DNA of 63,717 bases, the filler included, from Nitrospirae bacterium CG2_30_53_67 (lineage in GTDB: Bacteria; CG2-30-53-67), in the NCBI GenBank assembly GCA_001873285.1. It is 6 parts of 6 records of this genome, joined end to end, with 100 filler letters (N's around TTAATTAATTAA, not from the genome) between each part and the next. Parts side by side here need not be neighbours in the genome. Positions count along the whole stretch, not along the records: positions 9,589 to 21,118 come from MNYV01000110.1; 5 more parts are not named here. One strand, given 5' to 3'. Shown piece after piece: positions 10,538 through 20,802 of this stretch (position 1 is its first letter; the number at the start of each line of letters is the position of its first letter). The notes beneath the pieces were generated by a model, which made no database searches, was not told the origin of the DNA, and saw only the letters and a program-made list of their open reading frames with translations. The translations under genes and the position numbers were made by a program.

Positions 10538-10577
10538 GGGTCAACCATCCTTTCCGAGATATTGATTCAGCATAATT

Positions 10578-12026
10578 TTAATGCGCCCCTTTACCGATCA
10601 GAACCGCGGGGATGGTCTTAAACAGAAGCTTCAGATCCAGCCAGAAGGACCAGTTGTCTATATATTGCAGGTCCAGTTTCATCCATTCCTCAAATCCGAT
10701 ATCATTCCGGCCGCTGACCTGCCAGATGCAGGTGATGCCGGGCCGCATGGAAAGGCGCCGCCGCTGCCAGCGCTGATACTCCAGCACTTCTTTGTAGATG
10801 GGCGGCCGAGGGCCGACCAGGGACATATCACCCTTAAGCACATTGAAAAGCTGGGGCAGCTCATCAATGCTGAACTTCCGGATGAACCACCCGACCGGTG
10901 TGACCCTCGGGTCATGGGCGATCTTGAATACCGGTCCGGTCATTTCATTTTGGTCCTTCAACTCGCCAAGATGTTTTTCGGCCCCCTGATACATGGAACG
11001 GAACTTGTACATTTTAAATCTCCGGCCGTTCAGGCCCATTCGCATCTGGTTGAAAAGCACAGGGCCGGGCGAGGTCCCCTTGATCAGCAGGGCCACGGTC
11101 AGAAGGAGCGGAGAGAAGAATAGAATCAGCAGAAGCGAGACCAGTACATCAAATAGATGTTTGAAGATGAGTTGGACCTCATGCATGGAGGTGGTTTCAA
11201 ACGACAACAATTTGAAGCCGAAAAGGTCGTGAAAAACAGGCTTGGCAATCCGGGGGTTGAAGAGGTCAAAGCGGAGGTGCGCCCGAATCCCGGAGGTTTC
11301 ACAGACCCGGATCACCTTCTCCACCAATTGGAACCAGCTCCGAGGCATGGCGATGATCACTTCGTCCACGACGTTTTCGTCCAGGATCCTGGGAAGATCG
11401 TCCACCGATCCTACCACCACGTGCCCCTCAATCTCCTCCCCTACCCGGATGGGATCCGGGTCCACGAATCCTGTGACACGCAGCCCCCATTCCGGGTGTT
11501 CTTTAATGGCGTCCACCACCTCGATGGCCCGGGGCCCGCTTCCGATGATCAGGACGTTGCGGAAGTTGAAGCCCATGCCCCGGATATGATGCATGACAAA
11601 GAAGGCCGCCCTTACCTTGACCGTGAGCATCGCCCCGGTCATCAGGAGAAAGATGACCGTGGTCAGCCGGCTGACATGGAGCTGCGGGAAAACATCGTGC
11701 ATGAGGACCAGAATGATCATCATGGCAAGAAGGCCGGAGAGATACCCCCCCATCACCATGCCGAAGGTGCTTAACCGCGCCGACTTGTACGCTCCGAATT
11801 GACGGAAGAAGAAGAGGGAAAAGGGGAGAATGATGACCAGCATCCAAAGATCCTCGCCGGTGAATGCCCGCTCTTCAATCACGTAAAGCTTGCCTAAGAT
11901 TTCAAAAGACCGGCCGATCAGGAACTCGTTCCGGATGAGATGGGCCAGCCAGAAGGCCATGAGCTCGATGGCGACGTCGAAGGTGATCGAAATATTGGTG
12001 ATCAGTTTTGCGCGTTCTCTAAGCAT
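10578..12026 (-). CDS. Priming polyprenyl glycosylphosphotransferase (WcaJ/WbaP-like)
   Basis: N-terminal TM helices; C-terminal KFRSM, DPRVT, SIDELPQLFNVLKGDMSLVGPRP, PGITCIWQV. Confidence 0.92.
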   Translation of the reverse strand: MLRERAKLITNISITFDVAIELMAFWLAHLIRNEFLIGRSFEILGKLYVIEERAFTGEDLWMLVIILPFSLFFFRQFGAYKSARLSTFGMVMGGYLSGLLAMMIILVLMHDVFPQLHVSRLTTVIFLLMTGAMLTVKVRAAFFVMHHIRGMGFNFRNVLIIGSGPRAIEVVDAIKEHPEWGLRVTGFVDPDPIRVGEEIEGHVVVGSVDDLPRILDENVVDEVIIAMPRSWFQLVEKVIRVCETSGIRAHLRFDLFNPRIAKPVFHDLFGFKLLSFETTSMHEVQLIFKHLFDVLVSLLLILFFSPLLLTVALLIKGTSPGPVLFNQMRMGLNGRRFKMYKFRSMYQGAEKHLGELKDQNEMTGPVFKIAHDPRVTPVGWFIRKFSIDELPQLFNVLKGDMSLVGPRPPIYKEVLEYQRWQRRRLSMRPGITCIWQVSGRNDIGFEEWMKLDLQYIDNWSFWLDLKLLFKTIPAVLIGKGAH

Positions 12027-12073
12027 GGATTATTTCCATTTCGGCCCGATCGGGAATCGCCCCCTGCACAATT

Positions 12074-13825
12074 TTATCCAAGAAGTAATTCATCCTCAGG
12101 GTCGTTGGTGTCCAGATAATTTTCCCGGAGAAGATAGAGAAATATCTCCTGCGCGGCGGCCATGGGGCTGAGTTCGGATGTATCGATTCGGATTTCCGGA
12201 TTCTCCGGAGATTCGTAAGGGTCGCTGACGCCTGTGAATTCGGGAATCAGACCTTTCCTCGCCTTGGCATAAAGCCCCTTCCGGTCCCGCTCTTCGCAGA
12301 CTTCAAGCGGCGTAGCCACATGGATCTCGATGAAGGCCCCGTACTGCTCGATGGTTTCCCTGACGAAACGACGCGTCGCCGTATAAGGGGCGATCGGGGC
12401 GCAGATGGCCACTCCGCCGTTCTTGGTGATCTCGCTTGCGACAAAGCCGATGCGCCGTATGTTGAGGTCGCGGTGTTCCCTGGAAAAACCCAGCTCGCTC
12501 GAAAGGTTGCGGCGCACGATGTCCCCATCCAGCAGTGTCACGGGCCTTCCGCCGGCCTCGATGAACTTGGCGTAGAGGATCTTTGCAAGGGTTGATTTCC
12601 CCGCGCCGGAAAGGCCGGTGAAGAAGAGGGTGAGCCCCTGTTTGTTCCGTTCCGGGAAAACCCTGCGAAGTTTCGCAATCACGTCAGGATAGGAGAACCA
12701 GTTCGGAATGTCATGGTTGTGTCCCAGATGTTCTCTCAGATCCCTGTCGGTAAATTTGAGCCCGTTTCTTCCTTCCCTCTCGACCTGCTCGATCGGCAGG
12801 AATTTCTTGAGGTCCGGAACGTACCGCATCTCCTGGATGGGAATCATCTGAATTCCCAATTCGTCCTGAAACCGGCCCAGCAGGTGCTGGGCTGAGTATA
12901 AGGAATAAAATCTTTGACTGCCGTCCCGTGCTCCGGGCGGTGATGCGTGCTCGGGGCCCACAATGATATGGGTACACCCGTAGTTCTTGCGGATCACGGC
13001 ATTGAGAATCGCCTCCCGCGGTCCGGCCATGCGCACGGCCATGGGGAGCAGGGAAAGCATGGCGAGGTTCGGCGGATAGTGGCGGAGAATCGCCTCGTAA
13101 CAATGCACTCGCGCAAAGTAATGCAGGTCGCCGGGCTTGGTCATACCCACGGCCGGATGCAGCAGGATATGCGCCTGGGCCTCCTTGGCCGCCTGGAGCG
13201 TGATCTCTCGGTGGATCCGATGCATGGGTTTGCTGGTATGAAAGGCCGTCACACGGCGCCATCCCAATTTGTCGAACTGCCGGCGCAGTTCCTCCGGGGT
13301 GCAGCGAAGCGTCTCAAAGTCGTAATGCAGCGGCAGTTGAATCCCCTCGATGGTTCCCCCGACGCAGGTCTGATGGACCTCTTCAAGAAGATAGCGGACG
13401 CCGGGATGCTCCCTGGAGGCGGCGCCGTAGACCTTTTCCGCTTCCTCCATTTTGTCCGGCCGGAAGATCTCCTCGATATTCAAGACGGCAAGCATGAACC
13501 CCTCCGGATCCCTCAATGCCAGATGATCTCCTATCGAGAGCTTTCCCGCGATAGGGTCCGGCACATCCAGGACGATCGGTATCGGCCACAAGATTCCATC
13601 CGGCAGCCGCAGGGTCCGGACAACGGATTCATAGACCTCTCGGGTCATGAATCCTTTGAGCGGGGAAAACCCGCCGTTCATAAGGAGTTCAAGATCACAG
13701 ATCTGTCTCGGGCTCAAGGTATGGGATGGGAAATTCTTTGCCGCTTCGTTCAGGGCCTTTGCGCGGTCAGGATCGACAATCAGATTGACGAGTTTCGAAC
13801 CATGGGGTTCGGTGAGATGGGTCAT
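12074..13825 (-). CDS. cysC: Sulfate adenylyltransferase/adenylylsulfate kinase fusion (ATP sulfurylase domain degenerate)
   Basis: Sat-like N-terminus (DLELLMNGGFSPLKGFM); intact APS kinase (FTGLSGAGKST, LLDGDIVR, KGLYAKAR, FTGVSDPYE). Confidence 0.9.
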   Translation of the reverse strand: MTHLTEPHGSKLVNLIVDPDRAKALNEAAKNFPSHTLSPRQICDLELLMNGGFSPLKGFMTREVYESVVRTLRLPDGILWPIPIVLDVPDPIAGKLSIGDHLALRDPEGFMLAVLNIEEIFRPDKMEEAEKVYGAASREHPGVRYLLEEVHQTCVGGTIEGIQLPLHYDFETLRCTPEELRRQFDKLGWRRVTAFHTSKPMHRIHREITLQAAKEAQAHILLHPAVGMTKPGDLHYFARVHCYEAILRHYPPNLAMLSLLPMAVRMAGPREAILNAVIRKNYGCTHIIVGPEHASPPGARDGSQRFYSLYSAQHLLGRFQDELGIQMIPIQEMRYVPDLKKFLPIEQVEREGRNGLKFTDRDLREHLGHNHDIPNWFSYPDVIAKLRRVFPERNKQGLTLFFTGLSGAGKSTLAKILYAKFIEAGGRPVTLLDGDIVRRNLSSELGFSREHRDLNIRRIGFVASEITKNGGVAICAPIAPYTATRRFVRETIEQYGAFIEIHVATPLEVCEERDRKGLYAKARKGLIPEFTGVSDPYESPENPEIRIDTSELSPMAAAQEIFLYLLRENYLDTNDPEDELLLG

Positions 13826-13853
13826 GGAAAATCCTTATTCACCGGTGAGCATC

Positions 13854-14624
13854 CTAACCCATTAAAGAAAGATCGGAGACGGCAATGAAATGCTCGTGCT
13901 TGATGATCTTTTTGTTGTATTCGATCGGAACCTTTTTCAGGTCCACCACATGCCCTCCCGCCGCCTCGACGATGGCATGTCCCGCGGCCGTGTCCCACTC
14001 CCAGGTCGGCCCCAGCCTCGGGTAGAGATCCGCGCTCCCCTCGGCCACGGCACAGAATTTCAAAGAACTCCCTCTGGCGATCCTCTCTCTGATATTCAGT
14101 TTTTCCAGATACCTCTGCAGTTCTTCGGATGGATGAGACCGGCTTTGAACAACGACCAGGCCATCGCCGTCCGGGTTGCGGACGTGTATCCTCACGGATT
14201 CATCGCCTCCGTTCTTTTTCCAGGCCCCTTCCTTCCTGGACGCATAGTAGAGAAGATGCTGAACGGGAACATAGATGACGCCGGCCGCCGGACGGTTATT
14301 TTCGATCAGGGCGATATTGACGGTAAATTCACCATTGCGTTTGATGAATTCCTTGGTGCCGTCCAGGGGATCGACCAGCCAGAAACGATCCCACGTCTTT
14401 CTCTCAACGAACGGAATATCCTTGCCTTCTTCTGAAAGGACGGGGATATCGGGGTAGAGTCTGAGGAGCTCTTCGGATATGATTCTGTGGGAAACCCTGT
14501 CCGCTTCGGTCAGCGGAGACTGATCCTCCTTAAACTCAACATCAAACGTCTTCGCATATATATTAAGTATGGAGTCTCCGGCCTGAACGGCTATATCACA
14601 TACGGAGTTTATATGAATATCCAT
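13854..14624 (-). CDS. cysQ: 3'(2'),5'-bisphosphate nucleotidase
   Basis: SPLTEAD, WLVDPLDGTKEFI, EWDTAAG. Confidence 0.93.
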   Translation of the reverse strand: MDIHINSVCDIAVQAGDSILNIYAKTFDVEFKEDQSPLTEADRVSHRIISEELLRLYPDIPVLSEEGKDIPFVERKTWDRFWLVDPLDGTKEFIKRNGEFTVNIALIENNRPAAGVIYVPVQHLLYYASRKEGAWKKNGGDESVRIHVRNPDGDGLVVVQSRSHPSEELQRYLEKLNIRERIARGSSLKFCAVAEGSADLYPRLGPTWEWDTAAGHAIVEAAGGHVVDLKKVPIEYNKKIIKHEHFIAVSDLSLMG

Positions 14625-14642
14625 ATTCCCTTTTCTCTAGGG

Positions 14643-15251
14643 TTATGCCCGGTTACGATAAAGATTATGGTCCACAACGCCCGCCATCTTTGTCTCATCG
14701 AGATGCCCGCCCAGGAAACGATTGATCTTTCCGGAAACGGTCAGAGGATCATGAATGACGTCACGATGGTTGAGGTAGAGAGCCTCGAACCTCTCGTCCG
14801 ATTCCAACATGGCCTGAACTTCCCGAAGGTGTTTTTCATAACTCCGGATCATTTTCCCATCATCCTTCGGGTCAAACGGTACGCCGCGGTGTTCGAGCAT
14901 CTTGTTTTGAGAAGCCATGACTTCTTTGAGATCTCGGTTCAAAAACACGACTTTATAGGCGTGGCCGGAAGGAAGATCTTTCAGAAGATAGGAAATCACC
15001 TTGACGGTCTTGCCCCGCAGGTCCCCAACCCAGGTCTTGTCCTTTCCCTTGGCCAATTCCTTGACTCTTTCCAGTTCATAATACCCTTTGGGGTTGTCGG
15101 TATCCGCCGTCCGCTCCCCGTCGGAAGCGATCGGAAGGCCGCCGGCCTCCAGCATCTTCATCAGCATGGAGGTGCCGGATCTGGGCAGACCCGAAACCAC
15201 GATCACGGGCCGGCCGTATCTTATCCTTCTGACAAAATTCCTGAATTTCAT
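14643..15251 (-). CDS. Sulfotransferase family protein
   Basis: PAPS-binding-like VVSGLPRSGTSMLMKML; NPKGYYE; adjacent to cysQ/cysC; start set at MKFRNF. Confidence 0.82.
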   Translation of the reverse strand: MKFRNFVRRIRYGRPVIVVSGLPRSGTSMLMKMLEAGGLPIASDGERTADTDNPKGYYELERVKELAKGKDKTWVGDLRGKTVKVISYLLKDLPSGHAYKVVFLNRDLKEVMASQNKMLEHRGVPFDPKDDGKMIRSYEKHLREVQAMLESDERFEALYLNHRDVIHDPLTVSGKINRFLGGHLDETKMAGVVDHNLYRNRA

Positions 15252-15273
15252 GGGCCGCCACTCTCCATGCTGA

Positions 15274-15576
15274 TCATTTTTCTTCCGGTAATTTTTCCGA
15301 AGTTTTCCCAAATTTCCGGCGAGGCAGCAGACCAGGCGGATACATGTCAAACATAAGGTTCCAATATGCCCATGACCTGGGATCAAAAACTCCGGTCGGG
15401 GGATTTTTTAATACATCCAGAAAGTCGTCATCTGAAAAATACTTTCTTGCTGCCGCTATATCCTTTATCGTGCCGTAAACCATGACCTGAGCAAGAAAAC
15501 GTTTTGGATCTTTTATTGCCTCTGCCGGAGATTTCCACCATATCAAACGGACGGCAATATCTTCCAGTGTTTTCAT
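15274..15576 (-). CDS. Small protein, probable antitoxin partner of the AbiEii-like toxin
   Basis: 100 aa, LIWWK...RFLAQVMVYGT...RSWAYW; immediately downstream of the nucleotidyltransferase and similarly AT-richer. Confidence 0.6.
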   Translation of the reverse strand: MKTLEDIAVRLIWWKSPAEAIKDPKRFLAQVMVYGTIKDIAAARKYFSDDDFLDVLKNPPTGVFDPRSWAYWNLMFDMYPPGLLPRRKFGKTSEKLPEEK

Positions 15577-15593
15577 CGGTCTTATTTCTTTCC

Positions 15594-16268
15594 TCAGGTT
15601 CCAACAGGAGTCAATCCGCCCGGCAAGAAAGATATTTCAGGAATCTTCTTGATATCTACCTTTCGGACTTCTGAGATCAAAAACGATTGAATAGGGTCTG
15701 ATAATGTGGACAGGTCTCCGTCACCAAAATAGCTCAATGCCTTCAAACTCAAAAAAGGATTAAAAGGCTCACCATATACGGCCTTTGCCGCCGACAAAAC
15801 TGCCGGCAGATCTAAACCTGCTTTTAGAATGGCTGCAATATCCTGATAATCCTTGGCCTCTGCCCGGTCCTGTACGACCTTGATCTTGGTTGCGGCAGCA
15901 TCCAGTAAGGATGCAACAAAAAAACCCGGCCCTTTAACTCTGTCCGGATCGGCCACACGGCGCATGTTCAAGCCGCCAAAGAAAGAGGCCTTAACAAATC
16001 CTCCGCGATCTACCAGGCAAACTAAAGTATCTGTCTTGGATTGGATTCGCTCCGCTCTCTTGAGAAATGGGATCTGTCGTTCCAATTCATCCGGTGTGAA
16101 TCCCCGGTTAGAAAAGAAATCAAAGTCAACAGAAATTCTATGGCCCAATCGGAGCGCCAAAGCTGTTCCACCATATAGAACAAAATCGTCCGGCATATCT
16201 TTCATCTCGGGCCATATTGCCTGCTGCGCCTCTGTAAGTATCTCAGGATGCGGTTTGAGTCTGGTCAT
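15594..16268 (-). CDS. AbiEii/AbiGii-family nucleotidyltransferase toxin
   Basis: FVLYGGTALALRLGHRISVDFDFF and KIKVVQDRAEAKDYQD motifs. Confidence 0.85.
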   Translation of the reverse strand: MTRLKPHPEILTEAQQAIWPEMKDMPDDFVLYGGTALALRLGHRISVDFDFFSNRGFTPDELERQIPFLKRAERIQSKTDTLVCLVDRGGFVKASFFGGLNMRRVADPDRVKGPGFFVASLLDAAATKIKVVQDRAEAKDYQDIAAILKAGLDLPAVLSAAKAVYGEPFNPFLSLKALSYFGDGDLSTLSDPIQSFLISEVRKVDIKKIPEISFLPGGLTPVGT

Positions 16269-16413
16269 CTGATTCCACTCTTATTTCTTTCCCGGCACAG
16301 CTTCGCCCTCTCGGTTACAGGGGATGATTCACCCCCACCCTAAAAGGAAGGCAATATCAAATGTTTCTCTGCTGAAATGGCTGGTACACCATCTCAGAAA
16401 GAGAAGAAATCTT

Positions 16414-16977
16414 TTATACCGGTTCGACCTCATCCATGGAGATCTCGGCCGAAACGGACTGCTGCAGCATATCCACGGATATAATCAGCCGGTGGCGTCC
16501 CCGTCTCTCCACCAGGATCCCCTCAATCCCCTGAAGGGGTCCGGCCTTGACCCTGACCCGGCTCCCTTCCTTGATATAGGGGTGCCCGCTGATCAGCCGG
16601 TCGCTCTCCACCATCTTATGCACCGCATCAATCTGGCTTTCAGGGATGGCGTAGAGTTCCGTGGATGTCTTGCCGATGATGCGGACCACTCCTTTGACCT
16701 TCAATACCTCAAGGATCCGTTCCCTTTCAAGCGCAATCCTCACAAAAAGGTAACCGGGAAAGAGCGGAAGTAGAATGAGCTTCTTCCGGTCCCTTCTCCG
16801 GCTCAAGGTTTCGTAGAGCGGAAGAAATACCTCCACGCTCTTCCCTTTGAGTTCGATCTCGACCTTTTTCTCGTGGCGTGAACGGATATGCACGGCATAC
16901 CAGTTCTTCACGATGATCTTTTGAGATTCGTCCTCGGTATTTTTTTTGGTTTCGATCAGTATTCCGGTGTCAGCCAT
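16414..16977 (-). CDS. NusG paralogue (UpxY/RfaH/LoaP-type antiterminator)
   Basis: WYAVHIRSRHEKKV, PLFPGYLFV, KOW motif VRVKAGPLQGIEG; located inside a polysaccharide locus. Confidence 0.88.
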   Translation of the reverse strand: MADTGILIETKKNTEDESQKIIVKNWYAVHIRSRHEKKVEIELKGKSVEVFLPLYETLSRRRDRKKLILLPLFPGYLFVRIALERERILEVLKVKGVVRIIGKTSTELYAIPESQIDAVHKMVESDRLISGHPYIKEGSRVRVKAGPLQGIEGILVERRGRHRLIISVDMLQQSVSAEISMDEVEPV

Positions 16978-17149
16978 ACCAACCTTTTCACGTAAGAACC
17001 GTCCTTATTAAACAGCACGCTCATTCCCCGGCCCCCGATCGCTGTCGAGGGCATGCTTGACCGGTCTACGATTCATAGAGGGAATCCAGGAAAATCTTCT
17101 GGATCGTCCGGTCGAGCCGGACGATGACCCAAGGAGAGATGGCCCCCAT

Positions 17150-18520
17150 TCAGACCAGTTTCTCCAATTCGCTATCCACAAAACCCCTGATTTCATCCAG
17201 CCTCTTTTGGGTCTTTGCCTCAAACCTCATAACCAGGACCGGCTGGGTGTTGGATGCCCGGATCAACCCCCATGCGCCGTCGCCGAAAAGAATCCTCACG
17301 CCGTCCACGTCTATGATTTCATAATCTCGTGCAAATCGTTCCCTGGCCTTGTCCACAATGCCGAACTTTTTCTCTTCGGAACATTCCTTCCGGATCTCAG
17401 GCGTGGAGAAGGTCACCGGCAGGTCGGAGAGAAGTTCCGAAATCCTTTTCCCGCTCTTCTTCAGGATCTCGATGAACCGGCAGCTCGCATAGATGGCATC
17501 GTCGTATCCGAAATAGCGGTCCGCAAAAAAGATATGCCCGCTCATCTCGCCGCCGAGGGCCGCATGGGTCTCCTTCATCTTCTGCTTGATCAGGGAGTGG
17601 CCGGCCTTCCACATGACGGCATGGCCTCCGTTCTTTCGAATATCGTCATACATGACCTGAGAGCACTTGACCTCGGAGACGAACGTGGCGCCGGGTTTCT
17701 CCTTTAAAATTTCTCTTGAGAAGAGGACCATCAACTGGTCTCCCCAGATGATCTTACCCTGGTCGTCTATCACGCCGATCCGGTCCGCATCACCGTCATA
17801 GGCAATCCCGGCATCGGCCTTATCCTTTAATACCCTCTGGATCAGAGATTTTAAATTCTCAGGAACCGTGGGGTCCGGGTGATGGTTCGGGAACCTCCCG
17901 TCCACCTCGCAGAATAGAGGGGTAACACGGCATCCCAGACCGGCCAGGAGCTCGGGCGCGACGGTTCCGGCCATGCCGTTCCCGGCATCCAGCGCCACAT
18001 GGACCGAAGGGAGTTGTGCCAGTCCTTCAAATAGTTTCCTTACATAATGAATATATTCCGGTATGATCGCCGTTCCCGAACACGTGCCCTGGCCGCTCTC
18101 GAATCTGCCGGAAGCGATCACGTCATAGATCTCCCGGATCTGTTCTCCGTGCAGGGTATCCTTGCCCACACAGACCTTGAAGCCGTTGTAGTCCGGAGGA
18201 TTATGGCTGCCGGTCACCATCAAGCCTCCATCCACATCAAGATGAAATAATGAAAAATATAGAAGCGGCGTAGGGCAGGCCCCGATGTCCACGACGTGGA
18301 TCCCCGTGGAAACCACGCCCTGGATCAGGGCGGAGGCCAGATCCCCTGAGCTTAAACGCCCGTCCCTTCCGACCGATATCTTGCGAAGGCCCTTCTTCAC
18401 AGCAAGGGTCCCGTAGGCCTGTCCGATCCTGCGGGCGACCTCCGGGTCCAGGTCCTGTCCGATGATTCCACGGATATCGTAGGCCCGGAAGATTCCTGGA
18501 GAGACTGGATGGTTCTTCAT
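17150..18520 (-). CDS. Phosphomannomutase/phosphoglucomutase
   Basis: IFRAYDIRG, TGSHNP, DGDADR, GEMSGH, RASNTQP. Confidence 0.95.
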   Translation of the reverse strand: MKNHPVSPGIFRAYDIRGIIGQDLDPEVARRIGQAYGTLAVKKGLRKISVGRDGRLSSGDLASALIQGVVSTGIHVVDIGACPTPLLYFSLFHLDVDGGLMVTGSHNPPDYNGFKVCVGKDTLHGEQIREIYDVIASGRFESGQGTCSGTAIIPEYIHYVRKLFEGLAQLPSVHVALDAGNGMAGTVAPELLAGLGCRVTPLFCEVDGRFPNHHPDPTVPENLKSLIQRVLKDKADAGIAYDGDADRIGVIDDQGKIIWGDQLMVLFSREILKEKPGATFVSEVKCSQVMYDDIRKNGGHAVMWKAGHSLIKQKMKETHAALGGEMSGHIFFADRYFGYDDAIYASCRFIEILKKSGKRISELLSDLPVTFSTPEIRKECSEEKKFGIVDKARERFARDYEIIDVDGVRILFGDGAWGLIRASNTQPVLVMRFEAKTQKRLDEIRGFVDSELEKLV

Positions 18521-19467
18521 CGGCTCTTGCCTCCTGGTCTTTTCTGATGATCCTTGAAATATGCCACGGTTTTTTCCAACCCCTCTTTCAGGGAAACACC
18601 GGGCCTCCAGCCGAGAATCCTCTCGGCTTTGCCCGCGTTCAGGGAATTCCTGCGCAGATCCCCCGGACGGGCCGGCCCATAAAGGGGTTTGTTGCCGAAG
18701 CCCGTGACCGCTGCGATCAGGTCATAGAGCTGATTGACATCGGTCTCGATTCCGGTCCCGATGTTGAAACAATCACACTCCCCTTTCTCTATGGCAAGGT
18801 AATTGGCCCGGGCCACATCCCCGGCATATACATAGTCCCGGATATAACGTCCGTCTCCATTAATCGTCGGCGTGCGCCCCTCGAGCATGGCCTGAACGAA
18901 GATCGCCACGACCCCGGCTTCACCGAGAGGGTCCTGCCTCGGCCCGTAGACATTGGAGTACCGAAGCACCGTGTAGTTAAGACCGTGCTCCGCCTTGTAA
19001 TAGGGAAGATAGTATTCCATGCAGATCTTGGTCACCCCGTAGGGGGACATGGCGGAAAAAGGAAGGCCCTCCGTAGCCGGAAGATGTTCCGTGGCGCCGT
19101 AAACGGTCCCGCCTGAGGAAGAAAAGATGACCTTCTTCACGCCGTACTTCACACAGTTCTGCAAAAGATTCACAGACCCCACCACATTGATCATGGCGTC
19201 ATGCACGGGATTTCTGACCGAGTCGGCCACGCTGATCTGAGCGGCCAGGTGGTGCACCAGATCCGGCTTCTCCTTTTTGAAGACCTCGCTCAGCTTTGGA
19301 GAGCAGATATCCACCTTGTAAAACCGGGCGGCAGGATTCACGTTTTCCTTCTTACCCGAGGAGAGATCATCCACCACGACGACTTCCAGTCCGTGCTCCG
19401 CCATCACATCGGCCGCATGCGACCCGATGAATCCGGCTCCTCCTGTAATCAGCGTCTTTGACATCAT
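18517..19467 (-). CDS. NAD-dependent epimerase (GalE-like)
   Basis: TGGAGFIGSH, YGVTK (YxxxK), LRYSNVYGPRQ. Confidence 0.9.
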   Translation of the reverse strand: MMSKTLITGGAGFIGSHAADVMAEHGLEVVVVDDLSSGKKENVNPAARFYKVDICSPKLSEVFKKEKPDLVHHLAAQISVADSVRNPVHDAMINVVGSVNLLQNCVKYGVKKVIFSSSGGTVYGATEHLPATEGLPFSAMSPYGVTKICMEYYLPYYKAEHGLNYTVLRYSNVYGPRQDPLGEAGVVAIFVQAMLEGRTPTINGDGRYIRDYVYAGDVARANYLAIEKGECDCFNIGTGIETDVNQLYDLIAAVTGFGNKPLYGPARPGDLRRNSLNAGKAERILGWRPGVSLKEGLEKTVAYFKDHQKRPGGKSR

Positions 19468-19489
19468 TCATTCCTTTCCGTATTCCTGG

Positions 19490-20791
19490 TCATCCTCTCC
19501 CGATGCATGAATAGATGAACCCGAGTTTCCTCATATATTGGGGATCGTAGATATTCCTTAGATCCACGACAACAGGCGAACGAAGCAGCGCCTTGATCTT
19601 CTCCATATCGAGCATGCGGAACTGGTTCCATTCGGTGATGAAGATCAAGGCATCCGAGCCCTGTGCCGCGTCGTAGGCATTCTCACAGTACTCCACGTTC
19701 TTCAGCATCTTCTTCGCCCCTTCCATGGACTCGGGATCAAAGACCTTGACCCCCGCCCCCTTTTTCTGAAGCCCCTCGATGATAACCAGGGAAGGCGCGT
19801 CCCTCATGTCGTCCGTATTGGGCTTGAAGGCCAGTCCCAGAATCCCTATCGTCTTCCCCTTAAGTTCGCCCACCGCCGACTCGATCCTGGCGACCATCCT
19901 TTGCTTTTGTTCTTCATTGACTTCAATGGCCGACCGGACGATCTTCAGATCCATGGAATTCCGCTCTGCAAGCTGCACCAGGGCCTCCGTATCCTTGGGA
20001 AAGCACGACCCTCCGAAACCCGGGCCCGGATGAAGGAATTTGGATCCGATCCTTCCGTCCAGCCCCATGCCTTTGGCCACGTGGTGGACGTCGGCCCCCA
20101 CCTTCTCGCAAAGGGCGGCGATTTCATTGATGAAGGAGACCTTGGCCGCCAGGAAGGCGTTGGAGGCATACTTGATCATCTCGGCGCTCTCCACGGAGGT
20201 AAAGACCATGGGTGTCTCGATCAGGAACAGGGGCCTGTAGAGATCCCGCATGATGGCCTGCGCCTGGTCACTCGACGTCCCGATGACCACGCGGTTGGGA
20301 CGCATGAAATCCTCGATGGCAGACCCTTCCCTTAAAAACTCGGGGTTCGAAACCACATCGAAGGTGCAGGGTTCGGCCTGGTGTTTCCGGATGATCCCCT
20401 CCACCCATTTTCCGGTCCCCACAGGGACCGTGCTCTTATCCACAATCACCTTGTACCCGTTCATGTACCGGCCGATGTCCTCGGCTACATCCTCTACGTA
20501 GGAAAGGTTTGCCGAACCATCGCCGTGCCTCGGCGTCCCCACGGCAATAAAGATCACCAGAGATTTTTCCACGGCGGACTTCATATCTGTCGTGAAATTG
20601 AGTCTCCCTTCCCGGACGTTTTTTTTCACCATGTCTTCGAGACCCGGCTCATAGATAGGGATCTTCCCCTGATTGAGGGCATCGATCTTTGCCTTGTCTT
20701 TGTCCACACAGGTCACGTTCATTCCGAACTCGGAAAAACAGGTCCCGGAAACCAACCCGACGTATCCGGTTCCGATGATGGAAATATGCAT
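19490..20791 (-). CDS. ugd: UDP-glucose 6-dehydrogenase
   Basis: GTGYVG, NPEFLREG, GFGGSCFPKD, AFKPNTDDMR. Confidence 0.95.
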   Translation of the reverse strand: MHISIIGTGYVGLVSGTCFSEFGMNVTCVDKDKAKIDALNQGKIPIYEPGLEDMVKKNVREGRLNFTTDMKSAVEKSLVIFIAVGTPRHGDGSANLSYVEDVAEDIGRYMNGYKVIVDKSTVPVGTGKWVEGIIRKHQAEPCTFDVVSNPEFLREGSAIEDFMRPNRVVIGTSSDQAQAIMRDLYRPLFLIETPMVFTSVESAEMIKYASNAFLAAKVSFINEIAALCEKVGADVHHVAKGMGLDGRIGSKFLHPGPGFGGSCFPKDTEALVQLAERNSMDLKIVRSAIEVNEEQKQRMVARIESAVGELKGKTIGILGLAFKPNTDDMRDAPSLVIIEGLQKKGAGVKVFDPESMEGAKKMLKNVEYCENAYDAAQGSDALIFITEWNQFRMLDMEKIKALLRSPVVVDLRNIYDPQYMRKLGFIYSCIGRG

Positions 20792-20802
20792 AGCAACTCC
20801 TC

